Shown piece after piece: positions 27,770-37,373 of a DNA stretch of 53,950 nt (its first letter is position 1; the number at the start of each line of letters is the position of its first letter). Location of the stretch: the IMG/VR virus record IMGVR_UViG_3300047586_000088, positions 1 through 53,950 of that record; one strand, given 5' to 3'. The position numbers and the translations under genes are program-made. This stretch comes from a virus (Duplodnaviria > Caudoviricetes). The notes under the pieces were generated by a model, which was given only the letters and a program-made list of their open reading frames with translations, was not told the origin of the DNA and searched no databases.

Positions 27770-29584
27770 TCAGGCGCCAGCGGCGAGTTCCGCCATCTTC
27801 TCGGCGTCGGCCAGTGACTTACCCTGGCGGAGGTAGATCTGCTTCCAGGATTCCTTGAGGTTGATCGCCGGCGGGGTAGCGCTCGTCGTGCCGAGCCCCT
27901 TGATCGGATTGCCGCCGGTCAGCGCCGCGACGTAGTCGGCCTCGACTCGGATAGCCTCGGCGATCGCGGTCCCGAAGGCTTCGACGTCGAGCGCGCCGTC
28001 AGCGACGATGGGAGCAGCCACCAGCGACACGGCGAGCCGAGCTCGGGTGATCTCTGGCAGCTTCGACTCGGCGAGCTTCTGACTCACCAACTCGCGGGCC
28101 GCCCCGAGCGCGATGGCCTCCTTGAGCCTGGCGACGTCGGCAAGCAGCGTCGCGTTCGCCTCGCGAAGGGCCTGGGCTTCCTGTTCCGTCACGTTCTGCT
28201 CCTTTGGGGCGAGCGGCCCCTCGTTGTCGCCCGACACGGCGCTTTCGCGCTGCTGAGCGGGCGTATTCCTGCCCCTGGCACTCTCGAAGAGCTGGACGGC
28301 CTGGCCGCCAGCGCCGGGGACCGTTACCCAGTCGGTCGAGAACGCCTGAGTGATGCCCTCGATGATCTTGCCCTTCCGACCAGCAACCTCGCCGTCCTTG
28401 CCCATACCGGACGCTCGAATGCTGACCCCGATGTGCGGGGCAAGCTCGGAGACCGTCGCCCGGTACGGCTCGAACACCTTGGCGCTCGCGTAGAGGCCGG
28501 GACCGACCGGGCCGGCCTCCTCCCACTGAGCAGGTGATGTGAGCACGCCGGCGAGGTCGCGGAGGCTCCGCTCCGGTCGGTCACGCTCCTCGGACTTCGA
28601 CGGATGGTCCCAGTACATGTGGAGCCCTTCGGCGAACTGCTTCGGGCCGTCCCGCTTGAGGAGTTCGGGAGAGTAGTAACCGCTCGATCCCCAGCCGGGT
28701 GCGATCAGGCGGAGCTTCGCCGAGCCATCGGCGCTAACCGCCTTGGCCTCCACGAGGGGGATCACGTCACCGCGCAGTTCGATTACCTCCGACTCGGAAG
28801 AGATCGATTCCTTGATCCCCTCCGGCATGTCGGCAGCGGACTTGTCGGGGTTCGCCTTCTTCCAGGCAGCACGGACCTTCGCCTTCGCGGCTGCCACGTC
28901 GGCCACCGGCAGATCAACCTGCTGGCCACGGTTGCCGCCGGGAGAGAAGGCCGCGGCAGCCGCCCCGACGATCGCGGGGTCTGGATCGCCACCTGGCGTC
29001 GAGGTCAATCGGAGCTTCCAGGAACCCGGCGCGTCCGATGGCGTGTAAGCCCAGTCGGACTTCGGATAATGCTTGCCGTCGACGGTCTTGGTCGGCGCGC
29101 CGGCCTCGGAGATATTCGGCGACGAATCTCCGTCCGCCTCGCTTGCCCCCGCGGCCACTGGCACGTAACTCGTGACCCTCTCGACCTCAACGGGCGTTCC
29201 GAGCGTCACCTGACCATCCAAGAGCGTGTAGCTGACCTGGTAGGTCTTGCTCGAATAGGAGGCCGCCATCTCCAGCTCGACCGAGTAGATAGCGGAGTCG
29301 GGGTAGGTGGCGATCAGCCAAACGTAGGTGTTCTGCCCGCCCCCGATCTTGGCTTTGATAGCGTCTCGGATGAGCGACTCCTGCTCGTCGTAGGAGAGCG
29401 CCTCCTCGAGGGCGAGGCATGCAGCAGCCTGCTGCTCGGCAGATATTGCGCTCTCCGACAGCGAGGCCAGCACGGCTTGGAGCGCGGCAAGCGCATTTCG
29501 GATCTTGGCTTCGTTTGCCGCCGAGAGGACGCGACCCGCCTCGGCGAGGAATGCCAGTCGTCCTATCAGAGTCTTCGGGTCCAT
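27770..29584 (-). CDS. Prohead protease/scaffold protein
   Basis: LIAPGWGSSGYYS...YWDHP...RSLRDLAG...GVSIRA...DWVTVPGAGG; C-terminal helical scaffold. Confidence 0.85.
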   Translation of the reverse strand: MDPKTLIGRLAFLAEAGRVLSAANEAKIRNALAALQAVLASLSESAISAEQQAAACLALEEALSYDEQESLIRDAIKAKIGGGQNTYVWLIATYPDSAIYSVELEMAASYSSKTYQVSYTLLDGQVTLGTPVEVERVTSYVPVAAGASEADGDSSPNISEAGAPTKTVDGKHYPKSDWAYTPSDAPGSWKLRLTSTPGGDPDPAIVGAAAAAFSPGGNRGQQVDLPVADVAAAKAKVRAAWKKANPDKSAADMPEGIKESISSESEVIELRGDVIPLVEAKAVSADGSAKLRLIAPGWGSSGYYSPELLKRDGPKQFAEGLHMYWDHPSKSEERDRPERSLRDLAGVLTSPAQWEEAGPVGPGLYASAKVFEPYRATVSELAPHIGVSIRASGMGKDGEVAGRKGKIIEGITQAFSTDWVTVPGAGGQAVQLFESARGRNTPAQQRESAVSGDNEGPLAPKEQNVTEQEAQALREANATLLADVARLKEAIALGAARELVSQKLAESKLPEITRARLAVSLVAAPIVADGALDVEAFGTAIAEAIRVEADYVAALTGGNPIKGLGTTSATPPAINLKESWKQIYLRQGKSLADAEKMAELAAGA

Positions 29585-29587
29585 CGT

Positions 29588-30181
29588 CTACTCCTCAGCC
29601 GCATCGAGCGAGCATAAACAGTTCGACCTACAGTCCGTTCCATGAGCTGGCCAGACGCCGCCCGCCTGCCACTCGGCCGCCGTCTTCGTCTGTCCGTCGT
29701 TCATCAAGCAGGTGTCACAACTATCGGTCGCGTGGCGTACCCAGGTCAGCCGCTCCTCAGGCGCATCGCCGAGCGAGGCTGCCCCGAAGGCGTCGCGCAT
29801 CCCGCCGCCGTAGAGCGCCGCCCGAGCGATGACGAACATCGTCAGAGCCTTGCCAACCGCGATCCTCGCTTTCACGGCGTCTCTGAACTTGGCAAGGTAG
29901 CCGTACTGGGCGATGATCTGGGCATTGGCCGCCTTGCGCTCGTCAGCCGTGAGCCTGACCTGATTCGGCGCCACACCCCGAGACTTCGCCAGTCCCAACC
30001 GATAGCCGTCTAGCACGTGGTCCTGCACGACGACCTGACTGCGGTAGTACCACTGATCGACCGTGATGGCGCCCGAGCGCATCTCGGCGGCGAGCTCGCG
30101 CATCTTGCCCTGGAAGACGGCCTGCTGATCGGCCAACTTGGCGGCGTAGTCATAGGCGCGGGCCTCGAGGAGGTCGGCCAT
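29588..30181 (-). CDS. Minor head/MuF-like protein
   Basis: CDTC...CRSNCLC C-terminus, following the portal. Confidence 0.75.
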   Translation of the reverse strand: MADLLEARAYDYAAKLADQQAVFQGKMRELAAEMRSGAITVDQWYYRSQVVVQDHVLDGYRLGLAKSRGVAPNQVRLTADERKAANAQIIAQYGYLAKFRDAVKARIAVGKALTMFVIARAALYGGGMRDAFGAASLGDAPEERLTWVRHATDSCDTCLMNDGQTKTAAEWQAGGVWPAHGTDCRSNCLCSLDAAEE

Positions 30182-31926
30182 CAGTCAGTCAGCCTGGCGT
30201 CCGACTCGGCCTCGAGCGCCGCCCAGGCCGCATCGTCGTCAGGGTCGGGCAGCTGCACTTCGGACGGCTCGACGGCCTTGGCAGCCTCCTGCGCGGGCTG
30301 AGCCTGTGCGGGAGTCGCGGGCAGATTCTCGGGTGATGCCTGCTGTCCTGGTTGCTGCACCTGTCCGCCTCCCTGCTGTGCTGTTTGTTGCTGTGCCAGC
30401 GCATCAGCCTGCTGCTTCGCCTGGGCTGCTGCCCTGTCCTGCGCTGCTTGGGCGTCAGCCTCAGCCTTCGCTTTCGCCGCGTCGTGGGCGACGACGAGCC
30501 TCTTCATCACCTCGTCGATGTCGTTGACCCCGAGGCTCGACAGGATCAGGTAGATATAAGTCTCATAGTCAAGTGTGTCGGCCCACGGCTGGCCATTCAG
30601 CGTCGAGGCCGAAATGATCGACCCGATCCGCTTCTCGGGGTCGTGCTCGACGAGTGGTGGGAACGACACGGTAACGTGCTTGTCCGCGTCCTCTGCCAGG
30701 TTCGCCTGCTGGTCGAGCACGTACCTGAGGATGCGCGTGATCACACTGGCCCAGAGTTTCTGACGATCGCCGAACTTCAGTTCTGTCGGGCGGTCGAGGC
30801 TCTGTGCCGTGGCGAGAGACCCGACACTGGCATCGCCAAAGAACGTCTCCGGGAGTCCAAAGCCCGCGAATGCCATCAGGGCGAGTCGCCGACTCTCGTC
30901 GGGGTTGATGGTCGCCCCGCTAGTGCGGACGGGATCGAGCGAGGCGCCTGTGGGCGTGACGGCCATCGAGCCCGTGACAGGCGAGGGGTTCGTCTCCCCT
31001 GATGTCGAGCCGACCGTGGTCGAGAACTTGGTCGCAACTCCCTGAACCGCCTTCGTCCCGCCGGGCGTCTTGGCGATCCAAGCGAACCGGGAGAGTGCGC
31101 GGGCAACCGTCGCTCGATCCTTCTGGAACTGGGCGTAAGCCTTCGTCCAGGGGATCGACTGATACGTCTCAGGCAAGCCGTAGAGCGAGTCGCCGAGGCC
31201 ACCCACCTTGACGTGGAAGACGGTCGTTTCCTGGACTTGGCCGCCGAGAAGGTCTCCGGGCTCTTGCGCCGTGTCGGGCTTGCCGATGTCCGGATAGAGC
31301 GCGGTCCGCTGCTCAATCTTGCCGTCGAGGCCCTTCTGAGACCACGCTCGCCTGTACCACCAGACCTCGAAGGCATCCTCGGGGTTCGTGATGATGTCGG
31401 TAATCTCGCCCGGCGGCAGCCTCCGCAACTTGACGGTGCCTGTGGTCGCATCGGCGAAGAAAGCCCAGTAGAGGTCGCCGTGGATCTGGAGATCGATCTC
31501 GGCTTGCAGCATCCCCTGGTGCGAGTAGAGGATGGCCTGATTGCTCGGCTCATCCATGTGCTGTTGGACGATCTCGTTGACCGCTTTGTCGGGTGCCCCG
31601 ATGCTGACGCCCTGGCCGAACACGTAGCTTGCCTGGATGTTGACGGCCCTGTTGGTCAGAGGGTCGTTCAGATAGGCGAGCCGAGAGAGTGTGCGGGCGC
31701 GCTTCCGATCCTCGGCCGTGAGGTCGCCATCCTGGGAGGCCCCGAGTCCGATCCAGCCCACGTCCTCGCCGGCGAGCGACAGCAGGTGACTGTCCAAGAT
31801 CGATTCTCGCAGCTCGTCGCGGTAGAGGTCGGCGTTGGCATGGGCCGTCCGCAACTCCTCGCGCAGGGCAGACTCAGCGGGCTGAACCACGAGTGCTTGC
31901 CCTTGCTGCCGCCGTCGCTTGCTCAC
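30181..31926 (-). CDS. Portal protein
   Basis: 581 aa after terminase; YVFGQG, EIITNPED-like motif, GLPETFFGD. Confidence 0.85.
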   Translation of the reverse strand: MSKRRRQQGQALVVQPAESALREELRTAHANADLYRDELRESILDSHLLSLAGEDVGWIGLGASQDGDLTAEDRKRARTLSRLAYLNDPLTNRAVNIQASYVFGQGVSIGAPDKAVNEIVQQHMDEPSNQAILYSHQGMLQAEIDLQIHGDLYWAFFADATTGTVKLRRLPPGEITDIITNPEDAFEVWWYRRAWSQKGLDGKIEQRTALYPDIGKPDTAQEPGDLLGGQVQETTVFHVKVGGLGDSLYGLPETYQSIPWTKAYAQFQKDRATVARALSRFAWIAKTPGGTKAVQGVATKFSTTVGSTSGETNPSPVTGSMAVTPTGASLDPVRTSGATINPDESRRLALMAFAGFGLPETFFGDASVGSLATAQSLDRPTELKFGDRQKLWASVITRILRYVLDQQANLAEDADKHVTVSFPPLVEHDPEKRIGSIISASTLNGQPWADTLDYETYIYLILSSLGVNDIDEVMKRLVVAHDAAKAKAEADAQAAQDRAAAQAKQQADALAQQQTAQQGGGQVQQPGQQASPENLPATPAQAQPAQEAAKAVEPSEVQLPDPDDDAAWAALEAESDARLTD

Positions 31927-31936
31927 CTGCTACCTC

Positions 31937-32653
31937 TTACCAGGAGCCGATCTTGACCTGCGTCTGACCGTTTGCCCAGGCCGTGAAGGCCGCAGCCTCG
32001 AGGTCGGCGCGCGCTTGCTCGAAGGTCTCCAGGATCGCCCGCTCACCAACCCAGCAGGCCAGGCAGAGCGCGAGCAGGAGGTCGTCGTGCTGACCCGATC
32101 GCGCTTCCAGCGTCTCGTAGCCCGACTCGGAGAGCTTGCCGTCGAACACCTCGAGCTCGTGGACGAGCGTCTCGGCCTCCGGAAGGGCCTTCGCGATTCG
32201 CAGGCGCTCGGCCTGGAGCGCCACCTGGACGGCGCCCACGAGCTCCCGCTTCGGCACCGTGAAGCCCAGATCGGTCGCGTTGGGCTGGCGCCCGGCCGTG
32301 ATCGTCACCCCGACGTGAGGAAGCCCGGCCAGCGTGAACAGGTTGCCGACCGCGATGCCGACGCCGCCGAGGTCGATCCCGAGGATGGGCGGAGGCGAGA
32401 GTCGTCGGGCAAGTTGGCCGACGTCGGCGACGATCCGGGGATAACTGGTCCCGAGCGGCCACCGCTGGAGATGCCGGCAGCGGAAAGACACCGGCGGGCC
32501 GATCAGGACGTGCTCGATCGGACGGGCGACGTGATACTCGGGGTCCTCGCCCTGAGTCGTCAGCCGCACCTCCGTGCCATTACACTCGACCGCCGCGAGC
32601 GCGCTGTAGTCGGAGCGCTGGCCGAGGTCGAGTCCGAGCGTCGTTAGCGTCAC
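31937..32653 (-). CDS. Terminase large subunit, nuclease (RNase H-like) half
   Basis: GLDLGQRSDYSA, IDLGGVG, HDDLLLALCLA. Confidence 0.85.
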   Translation of the reverse strand: MTLTTLGLDLGQRSDYSALAAVECNGTEVRLTTQGEDPEYHVARPIEHVLIGPPVSFRCRHLQRWPLGTSYPRIVADVGQLARRLSPPPILGIDLGGVGIAVGNLFTLAGLPHVGVTITAGRQPNATDLGFTVPKRELVGAVQVALQAERLRIAKALPEAETLVHELEVFDGKLSESGYETLEARSGQHDDLLLALCLACWVGERAILETFEQARADLEAAAFTAWANGQTQVKIGSW

Positions 32654-33453
32654 ATCCCCACCTCGGCAAACAGCGGCTCGTCGTCGACGAGCGCTCTACC
32701 TGCCACGAGCCCTGGGAACAGCGGCGCCAGGTCCTCGTCAAGCGCTCGCGCTATCTGCTCGAAGTTGAACACCGAGAACGCGGAATCCTCAAAACTGCAC
32801 TGGTACTCCTGGTTGTACAGCCGCTCGCCCAAACTCTTCCGCTCCTCGGCGAGAAAGGCGGCGGGAATCCGGGGGCAGGTCTCCGCCTTCACCTCGAACC
32901 GTCGCCAGCTCTCTTCTGATATCCACGCCTTGTGCCACCAGCCACGCTTGCCCGCTGGCGTCGAGAGGGCGATCAGCCGTCCCCCGCTGACCGCGAGCAT
33001 CGGCCGGACCGCGGCGATCAGCTCGTCGGGCACGCGCGACGCCTCGTCGACGACGATCAGCCGCACGCCGCTGAATCCTCGAATCGTCGCCTCGCTGCTC
33101 GGTAGGCTGATGATCCGCGAGCCGTTCTGTAGCTCGAGCGTCAGTTTCGTCTCGGCTTCCGGCGGTACGGGCCGATCGGCGAGACGGTAGGCATCCAGGC
33201 ACTTTCTGAAGAGCTCGCCACTCTGGCGGAGGCTGGGCGACAACAGGATGATCGGCGACTTAGGGACGAAAAGCGCCGTGTGAACTGCCAGAATCCCGGT
33301 CGTCGTCGACTTCCCGCATTGGCGGCTCGCGTTGACGAGCACCCGAGGGTCGCTACTACGCAGCAGGTCCGCTTGCCACGGATCGGGCTCCGTTCCAATC
33401 GCCCGAGCAAAGGCAGCGGCATCGATCGCGAGCGCCAAGTCACTTCCGAACAC
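32650..33453 (-). CDS. Terminase large subunit, ATPase half
   Basis: PWQ, SRQCGKS (Walker A), IVVDEA (Walker B), STPAG, QEYQCSF. Confidence 0.9.
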   Translation of the reverse strand: MFGSDLALAIDAAAFARAIGTEPDPWQADLLRSSDPRVLVNASRQCGKSTTTGILAVHTALFVPKSPIILLSPSLRQSGELFRKCLDAYRLADRPVPPEAETKLTLELQNGSRIISLPSSEATIRGFSGVRLIVVDEASRVPDELIAAVRPMLAVSGGRLIALSTPAGKRGWWHKAWISEESWRRFEVKAETCPRIPAAFLAEERKSLGERLYNQEYQCSFEDSAFSVFNFEQIARALDEDLAPLFPGLVAGRALVDDEPLFAEVGM

Positions 33454-34132
33454 GGGACCCGTCCTGACTTGGCGCCTCCAGGGTGAGGAGCGACGTCGAC
33501 ACGCTCGCCCGCGCCTCCGGGTAGGGTTGGAGAGCCAGCAGCATGGCCGTTCGGACGACGAGCCACTCAGGCGCCAGCAACACGTTCACCTGGGGTCGCT
33601 TATCGAGCTCGCCAATGAGCTCGGCGAGGAGCTCGATCTGCTGGCCGAGCTGGGCGACCACCTTGACGGTCAACTCCCGAATGTCGGCGTGCTTGGTCTC
33701 CCAGTGCTCGACCTCGAGCCCCTTGTCCTCGAAGCGCTCGATGAGCGCCGACGCCGGTACCTTCTTTCGGCGCTTCACCCCGTCGGGGTCCCACTCCCAG
33801 TAGACAACCTCGACCTCCTCGGCCCTGGGCTCGAGCGTGTAGCGGCTCGAGTCAGCCGGGTCGGTCAGCCAGACGTCGCAGGCCCCCCGAAGCTTGTGGA
33901 GCGTCTCGAAGACCTGGCGGAGCTCCTCCATCACGTCGAGTGCGCGCGCTTCGTCGGCCGCCTGCTTCGCCTCGACGACACCGGCGGCCAGGTGGTCGGC
34001 CTTGTGACGCTGCACCGCCGTCGGACTGAGCCGATACCGTGCCGCTATGTGCCGTATCGACTCACCGCCGACGATCGCCAACTCAATCGCCGAGCGCTCC
34101 GGGTGAGCGCAGATCGTGCAGGTTCTCGGCAC
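33440..34132 (-). CDS. Terminase small subunit
   Basis: CTICAHP...HTH SIRHIAARY...RH; immediately upstream of the large terminase. Confidence 0.75.
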   Translation of the reverse strand: MPRTCTICAHPERSAIELAIVGGESIRHIAARYRLSPTAVQRHKADHLAAGVVEAKQAADEARALDVMEELRQVFETLHKLRGACDVWLTDPADSSRYTLEPRAEEVEVVYWEWDPDGVKRRKKVPASALIERFEDKGLEVEHWETKHADIRELTVKVVAQLGQQIELLAELIGELDKRPQVNVLLAPEWLVVRTAMLLALQPYPEARASVSTSLLTLEAPSQDGSRVRK

Positions 34133-34152
34133 GATTCCTCCTCACCAAGCGC

Positions 34153-34344
34153 CTAGTCCGTCCGCTTCCGTCTCGGCGTCCTCTGCTTCGGCGGCCAGTC
34201 CCAGTCGGGCAGACGGTTGCCGCGGTCGACTCGGTCCTGCTGGTGGATGGTGCGGTAGTAGAGCAGGTGCGCCCGCTGATCGAGCATCATCTCAGCGAAG
34301 GCGTCGAGGCGCCGTTTGATCGACTGGTACTGACTCGGCGTCAC
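34153..34344 (-). CDS. Hypothetical protein
   Basis: GTGA overlap; RBS. Confidence 0.55.
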   Translation of the reverse strand: MTPSQYQSIKRRLDAFAEMMLDQRAHLLYYRTIHQQDRVDRGNRLPDWDWPPKQRTPRRKRTD

Positions 34345-34433
34345 TGCCGCCTCCCTGTTGCCATCAGGCAGAGTGAGAGGATGAACACCAACAGCATCAG
34401 GATCACCAAGGCCGGCATCAAGAATGGCAGCAT
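34341..34433 (-). CDS. 30-aa single-TM peptide
   Basis: MLPFLMPALVILMLLVFILSLCLMATGRRQ. Confidence 0.55.
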   Translation of the reverse strand: MLPFLMPALVILMLLVFILSLCLMATGRRQ

Positions 34434-34654
34434 ACCCGCCCCCAGTTGGCGTCTACCCAGGCGCGAATCCACTGCTCGTCTGCAAGGTCGCCTCGAAACA
34501 TTGAGCCTCCCAAGGGCGACTCGCCGATGCAGAGAGAGATCAAGTGCAGGTACTGCGGCAGGTTGGCGTCGCGCGCGATGGCCACGGAGAGGACGCGGTG
34601 GTGTAGGCGAGTGAGTTCGTCGGCGATGATATCGATGGCGGGCGCGAATAGCAT
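34418..34654 (-). CDS. Hypothetical protein
   Basis: GAGG RBS before MLFAPAID. Confidence 0.55.
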   Translation of the reverse strand: MLFAPAIDIIADELTRLHHRVLSVAIARDANLPQYLHLISLCIGESPLGGSMFRGDLADEQWIRAWVDANWGRVCCHS

Positions 34655-34685
34655 CGGCCTCGCCTCTATCGTGCGCTCTGGGGCA

Positions 34686-34860
34686 AAGAGAAACGCCCGA
34701 CCAGGAGATCGGGCGTCGGGCCAGGGTTGTTCGCCCTGGAGGAGTTCGGGAGAGACCAAGAGGACACAACAAAGCCGCCGAGTAGACGGCTGGTCACATT
34801 CTCTCAGACTACACTTTACCATAGGTCCGAAGCGGTTTGTGCGGCTTTTGCGGCTTTCGC
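34686..34860 (-). promoter_or_regulatory. Putative late promoter region with direct repeats and terminator-like hairpins
   Basis: AAAGCCGC-like x3; TGGTAAAGT; hairpin ACGCCCGA...TCGGGCGT followed by TTCTCTTT. Confidence 0.5.
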
Positions 34861-34865
34861 GGCAA

Positions 34866-35366
34866 CTAGTTTTTCCAGGCACCCAACTTGCCCGCGATCA
34901 GGTCAAACCCCCGATCCATTCGCTTTCCGATGGTTTCGCGGTACAGGTGAAACATCTCCCCAAGTTGATCATCGGTCAAGTCGCCATCGAGATGTTCGGA
35001 GATGATCCGATGCAGGTCAGGATACTCGACCTCAAGTGCCTTCCACGCGAGAGCCAGGGGCGATCGGGTATGCTCCTTGTCGAGGTAGGTAATGAATGCG
35101 TTAGCGAGTGCCAGACCTCGCACGGCGACAGGATAGCCCCCAGCCTCGACGACGACTCCCCCCACGTCCTGATGACTGTTGATCAGGCCAGTGTACTCAG
35201 TCTCCTTAAACTTGTCGTAGAGGATGTGGAGGTCGCCATGGATGGCGTCCCGAATACCCTGCCGCCGCTCCGCACGTCGCTCCTCGGGCGTCTTCTCCAC
35301 GGGCACGGGGCGTGGGAAGACCTGCGTCGGTAGTTGAGTGCGATTGTGCTTCGACACTGCGATCAT
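34866..35366 (-). CDS. Putative late transcription regulator (sigma region-4/RinA-like C-terminal HTH)
   Basis: LTDDQLGEMFHLYRETIGKR HTH; last gene before the packaging region. Confidence 0.55.
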   Translation of the reverse strand: MIAVSKHNRTQLPTQVFPRPVPVEKTPEERRAERRQGIRDAIHGDLHILYDKFKETEYTGLINSHQDVGGVVVEAGGYPVAVRGLALANAFITYLDKEHTRSPLALAWKALEVEYPDLHRIISEHLDGDLTDDQLGEMFHLYRETIGKRMDRGFDLIAGKLGAWKN

Positions 35367-35384
35367 CTCCTGTCCCCTCTCTGC

Positions 35385-35702
35385 CTAGACGCTGATCCAA
35401 TTCCGATGGATGCACACGGCCATAGCTGACGTGCGGTCGGGCACTCCGAGTTTCCGATAGATGTTAGTCAAGTGGTTCTTGACCGTCTGGTCGCTGATGC
35501 CCAACTCGCGAGCGATCAGTTTGTTTGTGCAGCCGACAGCAACCTTGGCCATCACCTCCAACTCCCGCGAGCTCATCAAGCAGTCACTCAAGTCTGTTGC
35601 GATGACCCGAACGGGCAAGGGCATGCCGGCAGCAACGAACCGACCAGGGCAATCCAAACATTCGGAGAACCGCAGTATGACCGGCATGTCAAGCTTTGTC
35701 AT
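35385..35702 (-). CDS. LuxR/GerE-type HTH regulator
   Basis: SSRELEVM...GCTNKLIARELGISDQTVKNHLTNIYRKLGV. Confidence 0.92.
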   Translation of the reverse strand: MTKLDMPVILRFSECLDCPGRFVAAGMPLPVRVIATDLSDCLMSSRELEVMAKVAVGCTNKLIARELGISDQTVKNHLTNIYRKLGVPDRTSAMAVCIHRNWISV

Positions 35703-35735
35703 CTCGTCTCCTTGCCCACTCGTTCACTCTGAGAA

Positions 35736-35912
35736 TCAGTCAGACTCTGGATTCTCAGGTTTAAGTCTCCGCGTCTGCCAGAGAAGGTCGATGGACTGGG
35801 TAAGCACGATGAATCCCCAGAATATCGAGCCTAGCCACGCCTCATGGATGACGTTCGCGCCGAGGAGGAAGGCCCCAATGGTGAGCACCATCAGATTGAT
35901 CTTGACGCTCAC
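35736..35912 (-). CDS. 58-aa two-TM membrane protein
   Basis: Manual translation MSVKINLMVLTIGAFLLG...; GTGA overlap. Confidence 0.6.
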   Translation of the reverse strand: MSVKINLMVLTIGAFLLGANVIHEAWLGSIFWGFIVLTQSIDLLWQTRRLKPENPESD

Positions 35913-36319
35913 TCCTTGGCCTCCTTGCCCTGGTCTCCCTCGTCAGGATCGCCCGTCGAGTAATACTCGACGTCCTCCATGACCTCATGGATGGCGGGGT
36001 CGGTCAGCACGGGCACCCGTGCGAGGGTTGCAGTTGCCGAGGCCTCCTTGCCGTCGAGGGCGGCGAGGGCGGCGTCGAAAACTTCCTGTGCCTCGAACAC
36101 GTGTGAGTCGAGTCGTGCGACTGTTTCCGCCCATTGCGCGTAGGATTGGGCAGACACGTCGTACTCGGGCAACTGGGCTAACTCCCTTTGCGCTCGCTTC
36201 ATATTCCTCGCCGCCACAGCCACCGCTTCGAGGAGTCGCATGCGCTCTCTATCCTGCTTGGCCTTCGCCTCGAAGTCGCGTATCACGTCGCGGAAGGACG
36301 CCGTTTGCCACTCACTCAC
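35909..36319 (-). CDS. Hypothetical coiled-coil protein with repeat-flanked C-terminal module
   Basis: LLEAVAVAAR...ALAALDG; module shared with 3394..3798. Confidence 0.75.
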   Translation of the reverse strand: MSEWQTASFRDVIRDFEAKAKQDRERMRLLEAVAVAARNMKRAQRELAQLPEYDVSAQSYAQWAETVARLDSHVFEAQEVFDAALAALDGKEASATATLARVPVLTDPAIHEVMEDVEYYSTGDPDEGDQGKEAKE

Positions 36320-36801
36320 GGTTGTGCCTCTGTCACTGCGAGATAGACCTGACGGTCTAACTTAACCTTGCCGCTCTTTCGGAACGACCTGCGACGCGCC
36401 GAATCCTGACGATGGCACTCTCTACATCGTCGCCTACCCTTGTTATAGGTCACATTCGAGCCTGACAGTAGATGTCCTTTCGGACAGTGAATATGGAGGC
36501 TTTGCTGATGGCTGATGCTGTTCTCGTGAAGCAAGTAATGCTCAGTTGCCCTTACCAACATAAGGTGATCGGGATTGACGCAGCGGCGATTTTCACAAAA
36601 GTGATGCAGACTATAGCTATCAGGAACCGGCCCGTTAACCCATTCCCAGGCAAGACGGTGAGCATACACGCGCTTCGTGCTGGGGGCATCCGCCTTAATC
36701 TGACCATAGCCATCTGATAATGCGCCAGTCCAAGGCCAACAACCCTCGACCTTGTCCACGTATCGCCAGAACCGTTCCGTCAGAGGTATCACTCTCACCA
36801 T
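36316..36801 (-). CDS. HNH homing endonuclease (HNH_3-like)
   Basis: RFWRYVDK...CWPWTG...AHRLAW...HHFCENRRCVNPDHL; lower GC. Confidence 0.92.
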   Translation of the reverse strand: MVRVIPLTERFWRYVDKVEGCWPWTGALSDGYGQIKADAPSTKRVYAHRLAWEWVNGPVPDSYSLHHFCENRRCVNPDHLMLVRATEHYLLHENSISHQQSLHIHCPKGHLLSGSNVTYNKGRRRCRECHRQDSARRRSFRKSGKVKLDRQVYLAVTEAQP

Positions 36802-37373
36802 TAGGGCTGCGCCTCCTCTCGATATCGCTCGACCATCGCCGTCAGGCGGGCGACCTCGGCACGGAGTGCCTCTGTTTCTGCACAGCGAACACATGCCGTT
36901 GGGCCGCCCGCTACCGGCGTTCCGCAATGGCGACATCGGCGCACGGTCCAACCGTCGTAGAACGTCTCCTCCTGTTCACCGAGTGCAGTCAGCATTTCCT
37001 CCCGCCCCGGCTCCCGCCGTCTCAGGCGGGCGACCTCGGCCTCGGCACGATCGGCACGGGCGCGGGTAGAGTCGCGTTCTGCCCTGAGCGATTCATACCG
37101 TTGTCCCAGGTCGTCGTAACCTCCAATGCAACGATAGAGGCTCGATTGAGTAGGAACGAGCAACCTCCTCGCCTCGTCTCTCTCCCCCTCGACCCTCCTG
37201 AGCGATGCGAGCGCCTGGTCTGCACGCCAGTTGGCGTCGTCTCGCTCTGACTCGACACCACGGAGATCGCCAATCAGACGGAGCGTATCTCTCGCCCCTA
37301 GCAAACAGCCCTTGTGGGCGGCATGCTCGATGATCTCGACCTCCTCGGGCGTCAGAATGCGCGGCTCAGACAT
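36801..37373 (-). CDS. Mosaic coiled-coil protein with zinc ribbon
   Basis: ERDEAR repeats; CRHC...CVRC between 19-bp direct repeats. Confidence 0.7.
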   Translation of the reverse strand: MSEPRILTPEEVEIIEHAAHKGCLLGARDTLRLIGDLRGVESERDDANWRADQALASLRRVEGERDEARRLLVPTQSSLYRCIGGYDDLGQRYESLRAERDSTRARADRAEAEVARLRRREPGREEMLTALGEQEETFYDGWTVRRCRHCGTPVAGGPTACVRCAETEALRAEVARLTAMVERYREEAQP

